A stretch of 64,000 nt of DNA from assembly GCA_028284185.1 (NCBI GenBank), contig JANQSG010000018.1, positions 53,642-117,641 on the forward strand, in the 5' to 3' direction. Positions 12,617 to 24,590 of the stretch are shown here, in pieces. Position numbers and translations under genes: made by a program. The stretch comes from Kangiella sp. (GTDB lineage Bacteria > Pseudomonadota > Gammaproteobacteria > Enterobacterales > Kangiellaceae). How positions within the stretch are numbered: position 1 is the first letter of the stretch; each line of letters starts with the position of its first letter. Below the pieces are notes generated by a model. The model did not search any database. It was given only the letters and a program-made list of their open reading frames with translations, and had not been told where the DNA came from.

Positions 12617-13993
12617 ATGGGGTTAAGTGTTGTTATTTTAGCTGCTGGTAAAGGTTCCCGGATGAAGTCGAGTATGCCTAAAGTGTTGCATCCGATTGCC
12701 GGCAAGCCGATGTTGCAGCATGTGATTGATGCTGCCAAGCAGTTAGCAGCAGAGCAAATTGTAGTAGTTGCAGGACACGGAATTGATCAAGTTCGAAGCT
12801 ATCTGGTCGCACAAAAGGTAGAGATTGCTGAGCAAGCCCAGCAGTTGGGTACCGGCCATGCGGTAGATCAGGCTTTACCGTTAGTTAATGCCGATAATGA
12901 TGTGTTGGTGCTTTATGGTGATGTGCCATTAATTCAAAAAGAAACTTTGTTTAATTTATGTCAGGAAATTCCAGCCAGCGGTATTAATTTATTAACGGTC
13001 AATTTGGGTAATCCGCAGGGTTATGGCCGCATTATTCGAGATCATAAAGATCAAGTGATGGCAATTGTAGAACAAAAAGATGCGGATCAGGATCAATTAC
13101 TGATTAATGAAGTGAATACCGGAATTTTGGCGGCTAAAGCTTCTGATCTATTAAGCTGGCTAAAAAACATTGATAATAATAATGCGCAAGGCGAATATTA
13201 TTTAACCGACACTATCGCCATGGCTGCTTCAGAAGGTGGTGTAGTGGCTAGTCAGCCAGCATCTGAGATTGAAGTAGAAGGTGTTAACAGTCGAATGCAA
13301 CTGGCTACTTTGGAGCGCACTTACCAGTTGTTACAAGCAGAACAATTGATGGCGCAAGGGGTGACCTTGATCGATCCAAACCGTTTGGATATTCGTGGTG
13401 AACTTGAGTGTGCCCATGATGTCTTAATTGACCTTAATGTGATTATTGAAGGTTTGGTGAAAATCGAAACCGGTGTCCAAATTGATGCTAACGTGATTTT
13501 AAAAGATTGTGTAATAGGACAAAACACTCACATCAAAGCTAATAGTATGGTTGATGGTGCGCTCATCGGCAAAGATTGTCAGGTAGGTCCTTTTGCTCGA
13601 ATTCGCCCGAATACGGAATTAAAGGATGAAGCTTTTATTGGCAATTTTGTGGAAACCAAAAAAACCACACTAGGTAAAGGTAGCAAAGCAAGCCATTTGG
13701 CTTATATCGGCGATGCCTCGGTGGGCGAAAACGTCAATATTGGCGCTGGTGTCATTACCTGTAATTATGATGGTGTTAATAAATTTAAAACCATTGTTGA
13801 GGATGGAGCTTTTATTGGCTCTGACTCACAATTGGTAGCGCCAGTCACCATTGGCAAAATGGCTACGGTTGGTGCTGGCACTACGGTGACCAAAGATGTA
13901 CCTGCCAATAATTTGGTGATTAGTCGGGTTAAGCAAAAGCATCTTAGTGATTGGCAAAGACCTGGCAAAATAAAAACAGAGGAAAAGCAGTAG
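12617..13993 (+). CDS. glmU: bifunctional UDP-N-acetylglucosamine pyrophosphorylase / glucosamine-1-phosphate N-acetyltransferase
   Basis: LAAGKGSRMKS nucleotidyltransferase motif plus C-terminal left-handed beta-helix hexapeptide repeats. Confidence 0.97.
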   Translation: MGLSVVILAAGKGSRMKSSMPKVLHPIAGKPMLQHVIDAAKQLAAEQIVVVAGHGIDQVRSYLVAQKVEIAEQAQQLGTGHAVDQALPLVNADNDVLVLYGDVPLIQKETLFNLCQEIPASGINLLTVNLGNPQGYGRIIRDHKDQVMAIVEQKDADQDQLLINEVNTGILAAKASDLLSWLKNIDNNNAQGEYYLTDTIAMAASEGGVVASQPASEIEVEGVNSRMQLATLERTYQLLQAEQLMAQGVTLIDPNRLDIRGELECAHDVLIDLNVIIEGLVKIETGVQIDANVILKDCVIGQNTHIKANSMVDGALIGKDCQVGPFARIRPNTELKDEAFIGNFVETKKTTLGKGSKASHLAYIGDASVGENVNIGAGVITCNYDGVNKFKTIVEDGAFIGSDSQLVAPVTIGKMATVGAGTTVTKDVPANNLVISRVKQKHLSDWQRPGKIKTEEKQ

Positions 13994-15829
13994 ATGTGTG
14001 GCATTGTTGGTGCTATTGCGCAACGTGATGTTAGCCAGATTTTGGTGGAAGGCTTAAAACGTCTGGAATATCGTGGTTACGATTCAGCCGGAGTGGCTTT
14101 ATACGATTCAGAACATAAAGCTATTCAGCGTATTCGTCGTTTAGGTAAAGTTTCTCAACTGGATACAGCTTTAACTGAAAATCCAATTCATGGCGGCTTG
14201 GGCATTGCTCATACTCGTTGGGCAACCCATGGCGAGCCCAGCGAGCGAAACGCCCATCCGCATATGTCGGAAAATAATATTGCTTTAGTGCATAACGGTA
14301 TTATTGAAAATCATGATGAATTACGCGATGAGCTAAAAACGTTAGGTTATCATTTCGATTCGGATACGGATACTGAAGTGATGGCCCATTTGTTGCATTA
14401 TGAAATGAAAAGCCATGATTCACTGTTATTGGCTTTGTTATCTGCTACCAAAAAACTGGAAGGCGCTTATGGCACGGTAGCGATAGATGCTAATCAGCCA
14501 GATAGAATGGTGGTGGCACGTTCAGGATCACCATTGGTTATTGGCAAAGGTATTGGTGAAAACTTTATTGCTTCTGATCAGCTTGCTTTACTTCCCGTTA
14601 CCCGAGAGTTTATTTATTTGGAAGAAGGTGAGGTTGCTGAAGTTAGACGGCATTCAGTGGTTATTCTCAACGCTGATGGTGAGCCAGTATCACGAGAGTT
14701 TGAAGTTTCTGACATTCAGCATGATGCAGTGGATAAAGGTCATTATCGCCACTTTATGTTGAAAGAGATCTATGAACAACCAAATGTGGTGACAGAATCT
14801 TTAGAAGGGCGCCTGGTTAATCATAAAATTTTTGTAGAAACTTTAGGCGAAAACGCCAATAAAGTTTTTGAGAAAACTGAAGCTTTACAAATCATTGCCT
14901 GCGGCACTTCTTATCATGCGGCAATGGTGGCTAAGTATTGGATAGAAGATCTGATCGGTATTCCTTGTCTGGTAGAAATTGCCAGTGAGTATCGTTATCG
15001 TAAAACAGCAGTTCTAGCAAACAGTTTGTTTATCACCATTTCGCAATCAGGTGAAACTGCGGATACTTTGGCGGCACTGAAAAAAGCCAAAACAGAAAAC
15101 TATTTAGCCAGTTTAACTATTTGTAATTCTCCTGCTTCGTCTATGGTGCGTGAGTCAGACTTTACTTTAATCACCAGAGCAGGTACCGAAATTGGGGTAG
15201 CCTCAACCAAAGCTTTTACCGCGCAACTGGTTTCTTTGTTGTTGTTGATGGTTTCTATTGCCAAAGCAAAAGGTTTATCAGAAGCAAAGGAAAAAGAAAT
15301 TGCCGTTGCTTTGGAGCATCTGCCTAACGAAATTCAGGATGCTTTAGAACAAGCCGAAGATATAGATCGGCTTTCCAAGCGCTTTGCAGAAAAACACCAT
15401 ACGCTGTTTTTAGGTCGTGGCCAGCAGTATCCGATAGCGATGGAAGGAGCCTTAAAACTTAAAGAAATTTCCTATATTCATGCCGAAGCTTATGCTGCCG
15501 GTGAATTAAAGCATGGGCCATTGGCGCTGATAGATAAAGACATGCCGATTGTGGTGGTAGCACCGAATGACAATTTATTGGAAAAGCTGAAATCGAATAT
15601 TGAAGAGGTGCGCTCGCGTGGTGGCAAACTATTCGTTTTTGCGGATGAGTCAGCTAAGATTCAGGAAAGCGATGGTATAACGGTTTTGTCAGTAAAAAGT
15701 AAATACGAGATTACCGCTGCCATAGTCTATACAATTCCATTACAATTGTTGTCCTACTATGTGGCGGTCATTAAGGGTACTGATGTGGATCAGCCTAGAA
15801 ATCTGGCTAAGTCAGTTACCGTAGAATAG
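13994..15829 (+). CDS. glmS: glutamine--fructose-6-phosphate aminotransferase
   Basis: MCGIVGAI Ntn-amidotransferase start, two SIS domains, and the C-terminal KSVTVE. Confidence 0.98.
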   Translation: MCGIVGAIAQRDVSQILVEGLKRLEYRGYDSAGVALYDSEHKAIQRIRRLGKVSQLDTALTENPIHGGLGIAHTRWATHGEPSERNAHPHMSENNIALVHNGIIENHDELRDELKTLGYHFDSDTDTEVMAHLLHYEMKSHDSLLLALLSATKKLEGAYGTVAIDANQPDRMVVARSGSPLVIGKGIGENFIASDQLALLPVTREFIYLEEGEVAEVRRHSVVILNADGEPVSREFEVSDIQHDAVDKGHYRHFMLKEIYEQPNVVTESLEGRLVNHKIFVETLGENANKVFEKTEALQIIACGTSYHAAMVAKYWIEDLIGIPCLVEIASEYRYRKTAVLANSLFITISQSGETADTLAALKKAKTENYLASLTICNSPASSMVRESDFTLITRAGTEIGVASTKAFTAQLVSLLLLMVSIAKAKGLSEAKEKEIAVALEHLPNEIQDALEQAEDIDRLSKRFAEKHHTLFLGRGQQYPIAMEGALKLKEISYIHAEAYAAGELKHGPLALIDKDMPIVVVAPNDNLLEKLKSNIEEVRSRGGKLFVFADESAKIQESDGITVLSVKSKYEITAAIVYTIPLQLLSYYVAVIKGTDVDQPRNLAKSVTVE

Positions 15830-15856
15830 ACGCTATAAATAAGTTAAGAGGTCAAA

Positions 15857-16495
15857 ATGAAATTAAAAGCTATTTTAATTGCTGCAATGTCTGTGTTTGC
15901 ACTAATGCAGGTGGCTTGTGCGGAAACCAGCAAGGTACCAGCGGCTAAAGCTAGTAAATATAAAGAAGGCAGGGATTACACGGTAATTTCAGGGGTTAAG
16001 GGTATTAACAAGCCTCAGGTTATTGAGTTTTTCTCTTATACTTGCCCGCATTGTTACAATATGGAAGGTTTTTTGCACAATTGGCTTCCTAAAAAATCCA
16101 GTAATATTGAGTTTGTTCGAATTCCTGTATTTATGAGCCAGGTTCCACACTTAACACAGGGTTATTATACCGCTGAAGTGTTAGGCGTTTTGGACAAGGT
16201 TCATATGGATATTTTCAATCAATGGCATCGCGACAAACAAGTGATCCGTACCAAGCGCGATTTATACCCTATTTTTGAAAAAGCAGGTATTTCAAGTGCT
16301 GATTTTGAAAAGGCTTACAACTCTTTTGCGGTTGCCAGCAAAGTGCAATATGCCAAGAAAATGGTTAAGGATTTCAAAATTACCAGTTTTCCGCGATTAA
16401 TCGTAAATCAAAAATATGAAGTGAAATATGCAGTGAAAAATTACGAACACTTAGAAAATTTATTAAGTGAATTACCGCTCGAAAAAGCAAAATAA
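15857..16495 (+). CDS. dsbA: thiol:disulfide interchange protein DsbA
   Basis: Signal peptide, CPHC active site in FSYTCPHCYN, and a size of about 210 aa. Confidence 0.85.
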   Translation: MKLKAILIAAMSVFALMQVACAETSKVPAAKASKYKEGRDYTVISGVKGINKPQVIEFFSYTCPHCYNMEGFLHNWLPKKSSNIEFVRIPVFMSQVPHLTQGYYTAEVLGVLDKVHMDIFNQWHRDKQVIRTKRDLYPIFEKAGISSADFEKAYNSFAVASKVQYAKKMVKDFKITSFPRLIVNQKYEVKYAVKNYEHLENLLSELPLEKAK

Positions 16496-16511
16496 GAGTT
16501 ACTTTTAATAG

Positions 16512-16537
16512 AAATGCCAGCTAAGCTGGCATTTTTA
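16512..16537 (+). terminator. rho-independent terminator after dsbA
   Basis: AAATGCCAGC-TAA-GCTGGCATTT hairpin followed by T residues. Confidence 0.6.
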
Positions 16538-16559
16538 GTCTCTAAAAATTGTTAATCCA

Positions 16560-17462
16560 ATGAATAGCAAAGCCAGTCAATCTAAACCACTTAAAACGCG
16601 TTTGATTTGTACTGTGATTTGGATTTTTGCCAAACTACCTTTTTTTATCAGTAAACCCTTAATGAGTTTTTGTGCAAAGCTAGCCATTTTTTTTCAGAGT
16701 CGTTCCTACCAAACCACTAAAACCAATATTCTGCTTTGTTATCCCGATAAAACTGTAGCAAAACAAAAAGCACTGATAACAAAAAGCTTAAAACATACTT
16801 TCAGAATTGCTCCGGAAATTGCCAAAGCCTGGATAAATCCTTGTATTCAAGACTGGATTGGCAATGTATACGGTGAAGAAGCTATTAAACAGGATCTTAA
16901 AGACGATAGAAGTGTTTTGATTACTGGGGCCCATATAGGCAATTGGGAAGTGGCTTTGTTTTATTTGGGCAAAACCTTCGATTTTACCTGTATGTATCGC
17001 AAGCCACGTTATCAAGAGCTGGACAATGTTATTTGTCAGGGACGTTGTAAAAATGAAACTAAAATGGTGCCTGGTGATGCTCAAGGTTTGCGTCAATTTT
17101 TAACAGACTTAAAAAAATGCCGGGTTGCAGCTTTGCTATCGGATCAAGAACCCGGTGGGGATACGGGTGTGTTTGCTCCTTTTTTTGGTCACTCTGCCAA
17201 GACGATGGATCTGATCCAAAAGATCCAGAAGCGCTCCAAAGCCAAGCTTTATCAAATTGCGGCAATTCAAAATGCTGAGGGCTTGTATGATATACATTTA
17301 GGGCCAATCAATATTGATTTAGAGTTAGAGTCACAGCATTTTGCTGCTCAGCTCAATTTGGCTTTGGAAGCGATTATCCGACGTTATCCTGAGCAATATC
17401 AGTGGAGTTATAAACGCTTTAAAACTACAGAAGATGGTTCACCAAATCCTTATTCTAAATAA
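16560..17462 (+). CDS. lipid A biosynthesis (Kdo)2-lipid IVA acyltransferase family protein (LpxL/HtrB-like)
   Basis: N-terminal anchor, an acyltransferase HX4(D/E) motif in GAHIGNWE, and an RYPEQYQWSYKRFK C-terminus typical of LpxL/LpxM. Confidence 0.75.
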   Translation: MNSKASQSKPLKTRLICTVIWIFAKLPFFISKPLMSFCAKLAIFFQSRSYQTTKTNILLCYPDKTVAKQKALITKSLKHTFRIAPEIAKAWINPCIQDWIGNVYGEEAIKQDLKDDRSVLITGAHIGNWEVALFYLGKTFDFTCMYRKPRYQELDNVICQGRCKNETKMVPGDAQGLRQFLTDLKKCRVAALLSDQEPGGDTGVFAPFFGHSAKTMDLIQKIQKRSKAKLYQIAAIQNAEGLYDIHLGPINIDLELESQHFAAQLNLALEAIIRRYPEQYQWSYKRFKTTEDGSPNPYSK

Positions 17463-17875
17463 TCTTCGATAGTTTCAATGAAAAGTTTTATTTCATCACG
17501 TACTTTACGATAGCAATCCAGCTGTTTTTCTTCATTTTCAAAGGCTTTGGCTAGTTTGGGTGGATCCTCAAAACCCTGGTGAAGGACTTTGGTTTTGGCC
17601 AGAAAATAGGGGCAATGTTCATCTGCGTGACCACAAACGGTAATCACATAATCAAATTCCTGTACGGCTAGTTCATTAACCGTTTGTGATTCTTGACTGG
17701 AAATATCAACACCAGCTTCTGCCATTACTTTTATGGCATTAAGGTTTTGGCCGTGTTTTTCGATGCCAGCGGAATAAAAGTCAAAACTTTCTTTTTTTAG
17801 AGCTTTGCCCCAGCCTTCCGCCATTTGGCTGCGACAAGAATTACCCGTACATAAAAATAAAATATTTGGTTTCAT
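17450..17875 (-). CDS. arsC: arsenate reductase, LMW protein-tyrosine-phosphatase family (thioredoxin-coupled type)
   Basis: CTGNSCRSQMAEG P-loop (CX5R) plus a downstream Cys pair in VCGHADEHCP. Start set at MKPNILFLC (ATG at 17875) rather than the longer track ORF. The 3' end overlaps the lpxL-like gene by 13 nt (convergent genes). Confidence 0.75.
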   Translation of the reverse strand: MKPNILFLCTGNSCRSQMAEGWGKALKKESFDFYSAGIEKHGQNLNAIKVMAEAGVDISSQESQTVNELAVQEFDYVITVCGHADEHCPYFLAKTKVLHQGFEDPPKLAKAFENEEKQLDCYRKVRDEIKLFIETIEDYLE

Positions 17876-17888
17876 AAGCATTAAATAA

Positions 17889-18380
17889 TCAATGGTGGTG
17901 GTTTTTACAACTGTCGTGCTGATGCACATGACCATGTGAGATTTCTTCTTCGGTTGCCTGGCGCACTGATAAGACTTTAACTTCGACTTTGACCGATTGG
18001 CCGGCTAATGGATGATTAGCGTCAATGGTGACAAAGTCATCAGTAACTTTTTTAACGGTAACTGCGTGAACTCCATCTTGTCCTTCTGCGGCAAGGCGCA
18101 TACCTTCGGTTAGATTTTCCACTTGGGCAAAAGCTTCCATTGGTACCTGAGTGCATAAATCTTCCTCGTAAGGACCGTAGGCCTGTTCGGGTGACATTTC
18201 GATCTTAAGCTTCTGCCCAATCCCCTTGCCTTGTAGTTCCTCTTCCAGCCCAGGCATTAATTCTCCATAACCGTGAAGATAAACCCAGGGACCACCTTCG
18301 TCAGAAGATTCCCAAATCTTGTCGTTAAGATCCATTAATTTATAGTCGAGCTCAACGACCGAGTTATTTGTAATTTTCAT
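17889..18380 (-). CDS. slyD: FKBP-type peptidyl-prolyl cis-trans isomerase SlyD
   Basis: MKITNNSVVELDYKL aligns with the E. coli SlyD N-terminus. LAGQSVKVEVKVLSVRQATEEEISHGHVH and a His-rich tail are present. The ATG at 18380 is preferred. Confidence 0.9.
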   Translation of the reverse strand: MKITNNSVVELDYKLMDLNDKIWESSDEGGPWVYLHGYGELMPGLEEELQGKGIGQKLKIEMSPEQAYGPYEEDLCTQVPMEAFAQVENLTEGMRLAAEGQDGVHAVTVKKVTDDFVTIDANHPLAGQSVKVEVKVLSVRQATEEEISHGHVHQHDSCKNHHH

Positions 18381-18381
18381 C

Positions 18382-18813
18382 TTAAAGTTGGATTCCAAAT
18401 AAAATCTGGTTGACCAATATCAACCAAATAAAAAGTAACACAATAGCGCTTAATACAAAGGCAACAAAACGATGCATTACCTTATTATAACTGCAATGAA
18501 TAATTGAGTGGGTGGCGCGAAAGATTACATAGGCCCAGGCTAAAGCGACCAATAATCTGCTGTTGCAGTTGGTGATATAAATGGTGATGCAGGCCAAATA
18601 AAACAAGACCGGCATTTCAAATAAATTCAAATAATTATCAGAAGCACGGGTGTCAGTTAGCTGTTCTAAGGACTGAGTGCGAGTCTGTACCTTTTGCGGG
18701 TGGATGCGATGAGTTTTCATAAAGCCGATGCGATGAAGGTACATCCGAATGGCCACCAGTATGGTTAATAACACCATACCAAACATCGGATAGAGAATCT
18801 GTGTTTTATCCAT
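18382..18813 (-). CDS. MAPEG family membrane protein
   Basis: 143-aa, four-TM protein; the size and hydrophobic pattern are MAPEG-like. No catalytic motif was verified. Confidence 0.55.
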   Translation of the reverse strand: MDKTQILYPMFGMVLLTILVAIRMYLHRIGFMKTHRIHPQKVQTRTQSLEQLTDTRASDNYLNLFEMPVLFYLACITIYITNCNSRLLVALAWAYVIFRATHSIIHCSYNKVMHRFVAFVLSAIVLLFIWLILVNQILFGIQL

Positions 18814-18828
18814 TTTATACCTCCTGAG

Positions 18829-19596
18829 TTAGCCTTGAATTTTATCAATCGTTAATGCTGCCCAGGCTTGGCTGGTTGGCATTAACTCAATAGAATTGAT
18901 ATTAACATGCACTGGTTGTTCGGCTGCCCAAATTACCGCATTAGCAATATCGTTGGCGGTTAAAGCCTGGGTATTTTCATAAACCTTATCGGCTTTGGTT
19001 TTATCGCCGTGGAAACGAATCAGCGAAAATTCAGTCTCTGCCAGGCCCGGTTCGATATTGGTTACGCGAACTTGAGTACCTAACAAGTCGGCACGCAAAT
19101 TACGGCTGAACTGCTTAACAAAAGCTTTAGTAGCACCATAAGCATTTCCGCCAGGGTAAGCATAGTTGCCGGCAATAGAGCCAATATTAATGATATGGCC
19201 GTTTTTATGCTCTACCATCTTGGGTAAGATTTTTCGAGTCATTAAATACAAACCCTTGATATTGGTATCCACCATTTGATCCCAATCGGTCAGCTCTGCT
19301 TTGTGTGCAGGCTCTAAACCCAATGCCAATCCTGCGTTGTTAACCAGAATATCAATTTGTGCAAAATTCTCAGGCAGGCCATCAATCATGCGATTAATTT
19401 GCTCTTGCGAAGTTACATCCAAAGGCATTACATAAACTTGACCGCCAAATTCTGCTTGTAGTTTCTCCAAACGCTCACGCCGCCTAGCTGCAGCAATAAC
19501 CTTATAACCTTTATTGGCAAAACCTTTGGCTGTTGCCAGCCCAAAGCCGGAACTGGCACCTGTTACCATCACGGTTTTTTCAATGAAATTTGTCAT
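18829..19596 (-). CDS. NADP-dependent short-chain dehydrogenase/reductase (YdfG-like)
   Basis: TGASSGFG cofactor motif, NNAG, and a YGATKAF catalytic Tyr-x3-Lys. Confidence 0.85.
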   Translation of the reverse strand: MTNFIEKTVMVTGASSGFGLATAKGFANKGYKVIAAARRRERLEKLQAEFGGQVYVMPLDVTSQEQINRMIDGLPENFAQIDILVNNAGLALGLEPAHKAELTDWDQMVDTNIKGLYLMTRKILPKMVEHKNGHIINIGSIAGNYAYPGGNAYGATKAFVKQFSRNLRADLLGTQVRVTNIEPGLAETEFSLIRFHGDKTKADKVYENTQALTANDIANAVIWAAEQPVHVNINSIELMPTSQAWAALTIDKIQG

Positions 19597-19745
19597 TCTT
19601 AAACTTAAGTCTTTGATAATAGATTAAATAATATCATAGGCTTGCACCAAAGCCAGTTACATTAGATACTAACTTTAAAGAATAAAATATAGAGTCATCC
19701 AACATTCATAATTTTACTGTGTCGTAGAGAGGGACAGAAAGAAGC

Positions 19746-20120
19746 ATGAGTGAATATCAATTTCAAATTAAAGTCGCAACTCAGTATCTGGAAGATCAAT
19801 CTGAACCGGATAATGAACGTTATGCTTTTGCTTATACCATTCGTATTACCAATTCTGGTGAAACCGGTGCCAAGCTTAATGCCCGCCATTGGTTGATTAC
19901 GGATGCTAATGGTGAAGTGACGGAAGTTAAGGGGCAAGGTGTGGTGGGTGAACAACCCTATATTGAGCCTGGTAAAAGTTATGAATATTCCAGTGGCGCT
20001 GTCTTGACCACGCCAATTGGTTGTATGCATGGCTGTTACCAAATGCAGGGTGAAAATGGTGAGGAGTTTGAAGCGTCCATTCCGGTATTTAGTTTAAGTA
20101 TTCCAGGAGTGTTGCATTAA
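19746..20120 (+). CDS. apaG: ApaG protein (DUF525)
   Basis: 124 aa with RYAFAYTIRITN and RHWLITDANG; followed by apaH. Confidence 0.92.
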   Translation: MSEYQFQIKVATQYLEDQSEPDNERYAFAYTIRITNSGETGAKLNARHWLITDANGEVTEVKGQGVVGEQPYIEPGKSYEYSSGAVLTTPIGCMHGCYQMQGENGEEFEASIPVFSLSIPGVLH

Positions 20121-20142
20121 AATTAACAAGAATAAATTATAA

Positions 20143-20967
20143 ATGGCGACCTATGCGATAGGTGATATACAAGGCTGTTATCACGAACTAAAATTGTTAC
20201 TTAAAAAAATCCAGTTTGATCCCAACCGCGATCAACTTTGGTTGGCGGGCGATCTGGTGAGTCGTGGGCCCAAGTCATTAGAAGTTTTGCAATTGCTTTA
20301 TGATATTCAAGATTCCTGTATTGCTGTTTTGGGTAATCATGATCTGCACTTATTGGCTAACTATCATCTTGATGGTAAGTTCAATGCTAAAGATAAACTA
20401 AAAAAATTATTAAAATCCAGTGAGTTAGAGAGTTTATTGCATTGGTTGGCTTCTCAGCCAATGGCTTATTATGATCCTGACTTTAAGATGCTGATGTCTC
20501 ATGCTGGAGTTCCGCCTGGTTGGGATTTAGAGCAAACTCTGGCTTCCGCTTTTGAGTTGGAGATGGTCATCAGTGATCCTGAAAAAGCGAAAAAGTTTTA
20601 CCGTAAAATGTATGGCAATAAACCACAGCATTGGTCAGTGGATCTGAAAAAGCTGCAAAGACTCAGGTTCACCACCAATGCGCTGACCCGGATGAGGTTT
20701 TGCGATCTGAATGGCAATTTGGATCTGCTTCGAAAAGGGGCTCCTAGTAAGCGCTACAAAAAATATAAACCCTGGTATGAGTTTCAAACTAAACTATTAA
20801 AAAAAACCGGACTTATCTTTGGTCATTGGGCAGCACTAAATGGCGGGGTTAAAATACCGAATTTGTATGCACTGGATACAGGCTGTGTTTGGGGTAATAA
20901 ATTAACTGCCTTAAGGTTAGAGGATAAAAAGAGATTTCAGGTTAAAGCACTAAGGAAGTGGGCTTAA
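20143..20967 (+). CDS. apaH: bis(5'-nucleosyl)-tetraphosphatase (symmetrical)
   Basis: MATYAIGDIQGC, GDLVSRGP and GNHDLHLL metallophosphatase motifs. Confidence 0.93.
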   Translation: MATYAIGDIQGCYHELKLLLKKIQFDPNRDQLWLAGDLVSRGPKSLEVLQLLYDIQDSCIAVLGNHDLHLLANYHLDGKFNAKDKLKKLLKSSELESLLHWLASQPMAYYDPDFKMLMSHAGVPPGWDLEQTLASAFELEMVISDPEKAKKFYRKMYGNKPQHWSVDLKKLQRLRFTTNALTRMRFCDLNGNLDLLRKGAPSKRYKKYKPWYEFQTKLLKKTGLIFGHWAALNGGVKIPNLYALDTGCVWGNKLTALRLEDKKRFQVKALRKWA

Positions 20968-20986
20968 TGCTTTAATAGCCAAAGTT

Positions 20987-21970
20987 CTAGGTAGGTAGCG
21001 AATCAGCGTATGCAAATAATGATGGTGCTCCACCAGTATGCCAAAACAGTACTTTGTCTTTTTTGCTCAGTTTACCAGAACGGATCATATCAATTAATCC
21101 ACCCATAGCTCTGCCCGTATAAACAGGATCTAAAAGAATGCCTTCGTGTCTAGCAGTTAGTGCAATGGCTTCCTTTTCTCGCTGGCCAATAACGCCATAG
21201 CCATCACCAATATAGTCTTCATTAAGGATTAAATCTTTATCCGAAAATCTAATATCAGAATCTATAAAATGGCTGGTTTTGTTTGCTAGATTAATGATGG
21301 ATTTAGCAAAAGAATTGGCAGCGCTTTCGTCCTTGTCAATGTTTATACCAACCAGGCGGTACTTTTTATCGAATAAAGCTTTGCCAAGCATCAGCCCGGC
21401 ATGAGTGCCACCAGAGCTTGAAGCAAAGATAATGTGTGAAATTTCTTCGGTGTCCAGTTGTGTTTCCAGCTCTTGCAAAGCGCGCACAAAGCCGTAGGCT
21501 CCCAGTTCATTAGAACCACCATAGGGAACCACATAAGGCTGTTTTCCTTTAGCTTTTAACTGTTCAAAAATTTCAGGAATATCTTCACCTTTGCGGTTGC
21601 AGCCAGCCCAATGAATGGTTGAGCCCAAAAGGTTATCCAGTAATAAATTGCCATTGGCCACTTTAGGAGCCTGTCCACCAAGAACCAAGTGGCACTCTAG
21701 TTGTAGTTGCGCCGCTGCTGCTGCCGTTTGCCGACAGTGATTTGACTGGGCGGCACCAGCAGTAATAACCGTATCGCATTTTTTGGTTATGGCATCGCCC
21801 AATATAAGTTCTAACTTTCGAGTTTTATTGCCACCAAAAGCCAGCCCGGTAAGATCATCCCGTTTCATAAGAATTTTAGGCCCACCTAAAGCAGAACTAA
21901 GATGAGTTAGTTGAGTAATCGGCGTTGGGAAAAAGCCCAGATCAATTTTAGAAAGTGATTTAATTTTCAT
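20987..21970 (-). CDS. PLP-dependent D-cysteine desulfhydrase / ACC deaminase family protein
   Basis: GGNKTRKLE lysine motif, SSGGTHAG, and a length of 327 aa. Confidence 0.85.
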   Translation of the reverse strand: MKIKSLSKIDLGFFPTPITQLTHLSSALGGPKILMKRDDLTGLAFGGNKTRKLELILGDAITKKCDTVITAGAAQSNHCRQTAAAAAQLQLECHLVLGGQAPKVANGNLLLDNLLGSTIHWAGCNRKGEDIPEIFEQLKAKGKQPYVVPYGGSNELGAYGFVRALQELETQLDTEEISHIIFASSSGGTHAGLMLGKALFDKKYRLVGINIDKDESAANSFAKSIINLANKTSHFIDSDIRFSDKDLILNEDYIGDGYGVIGQREKEAIALTARHEGILLDPVYTGRAMGGLIDMIRSGKLSKKDKVLFWHTGGAPSLFAYADSLPT

Positions 21971-22710
21971 ATAAGCTATATTGGTATTTGTTTTATAAGT
22001 ATTATTGTAAAGGTTAGTTAGTGCTTATTAGTAGAGTAATTATGCTTTCTATTTTATTTAAAGTCCTCACTTACAGAAGTGAAATAGGCAAAAACTAACA
22101 TGGAACCATCAATTAGGCTAAGAGAGTGCGAAATAGTCGATTCCATAGGACTTAATACTGAAAACCCCATCAATAATTCTAGCGGTATATTTACAAGCAT
22201 TGTTATAAAAAATACAGTTCTAACAACTTTTATTCTAAACAATAGTCCTAGATTTATAAAACAATATAGAAAATACCTAAGGCGATAAAAGTGCCTGTAT
22301 CCATCAATAAAACTGAAGATGTGCCTGAATAAGACAAAATAAGTAGCTCATCTTCATTCAGCCACTTGTAATTAATTCAGGGCAGTATCCAGAAAAAAAT
22401 AGTTAATCCTAAACTGATTAAAACCAATAAATTAAATAGTTTTTTTACAAGGTTTTCTTTTTGAATTTCAGTTTTAATCTTAGGTGGTTGATACATCTCG
22501 CTAGTCCTTAACATTTTAATTTTATAAATTTTACTGATTGTAGCAATTATTCAATACAGTTAAAGAAATTAACATGGCACTTAGATCTCGCCATTTTTTA
22601 TAAAGATCGGTACAATTCAAGGTTCATGCCGAAAAAAATGGCTATAGCAAGGTAGCAAACAGTGTTCGGCGCTAACTTATTGATATTTAAAGATTTTATT
22701 AAGAGTACGC

Positions 22711-24212
<1,502 letters not shown>

Positions 24213-24305
24213 TAATAAATTGGCTGAAAAGTTTTAAAGTATTTTGGGTAGGAGTTGAGAAATCCGATGAAGGCCCAGATTTAAACACTGTAATAGAGGT
24301 AAATT

Positions 24306-24554
24306 ATGGCACGTGTAACGGTACAAGATGCAGTAGAAAAAGTAGGTAATCGTTTTGATTTGATTATGTTGGCAGCAAAGCGCGCCCGACAAATTGCGAC
24401 GGGTGGTCATGATCCAAAAGTAGATTGGGATAATGATAAACCGACAGTAGTTGCTTTGCGTGAAATTGAAGAAGGTATTACCGATAAATTAACGGTTGAA
24501 GCCGATGAGCGTATGGCGAAAGCAGAACAAGAGTCAGGTCCGGTATTGTTCTAA
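24306..24554 (+). CDS. rpoZ: DNA-directed RNA polymerase subunit omega
   Basis: [19 protein letters not shown]...AAKRARQ. Confidence 0.93.
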   Translation: MARVTVQDAVEKVGNRFDLIMLAAKRARQIATGGHDPKVDWDNDKPTVVALREIEEGITDKLTVEADERMAKAEQESGPVLF

Positions 24555-24590
24555 GTCAGATAATTTAACTTAGAATTTAACGGAATTCTT

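Noticed and set aside
22054-22288. 62-aa ORFs on both strands in the AT-rich gap
   Set aside because: They are mutually overlapping, AT-driven and without motifs. The gap is reported as a finding, not called as genes.
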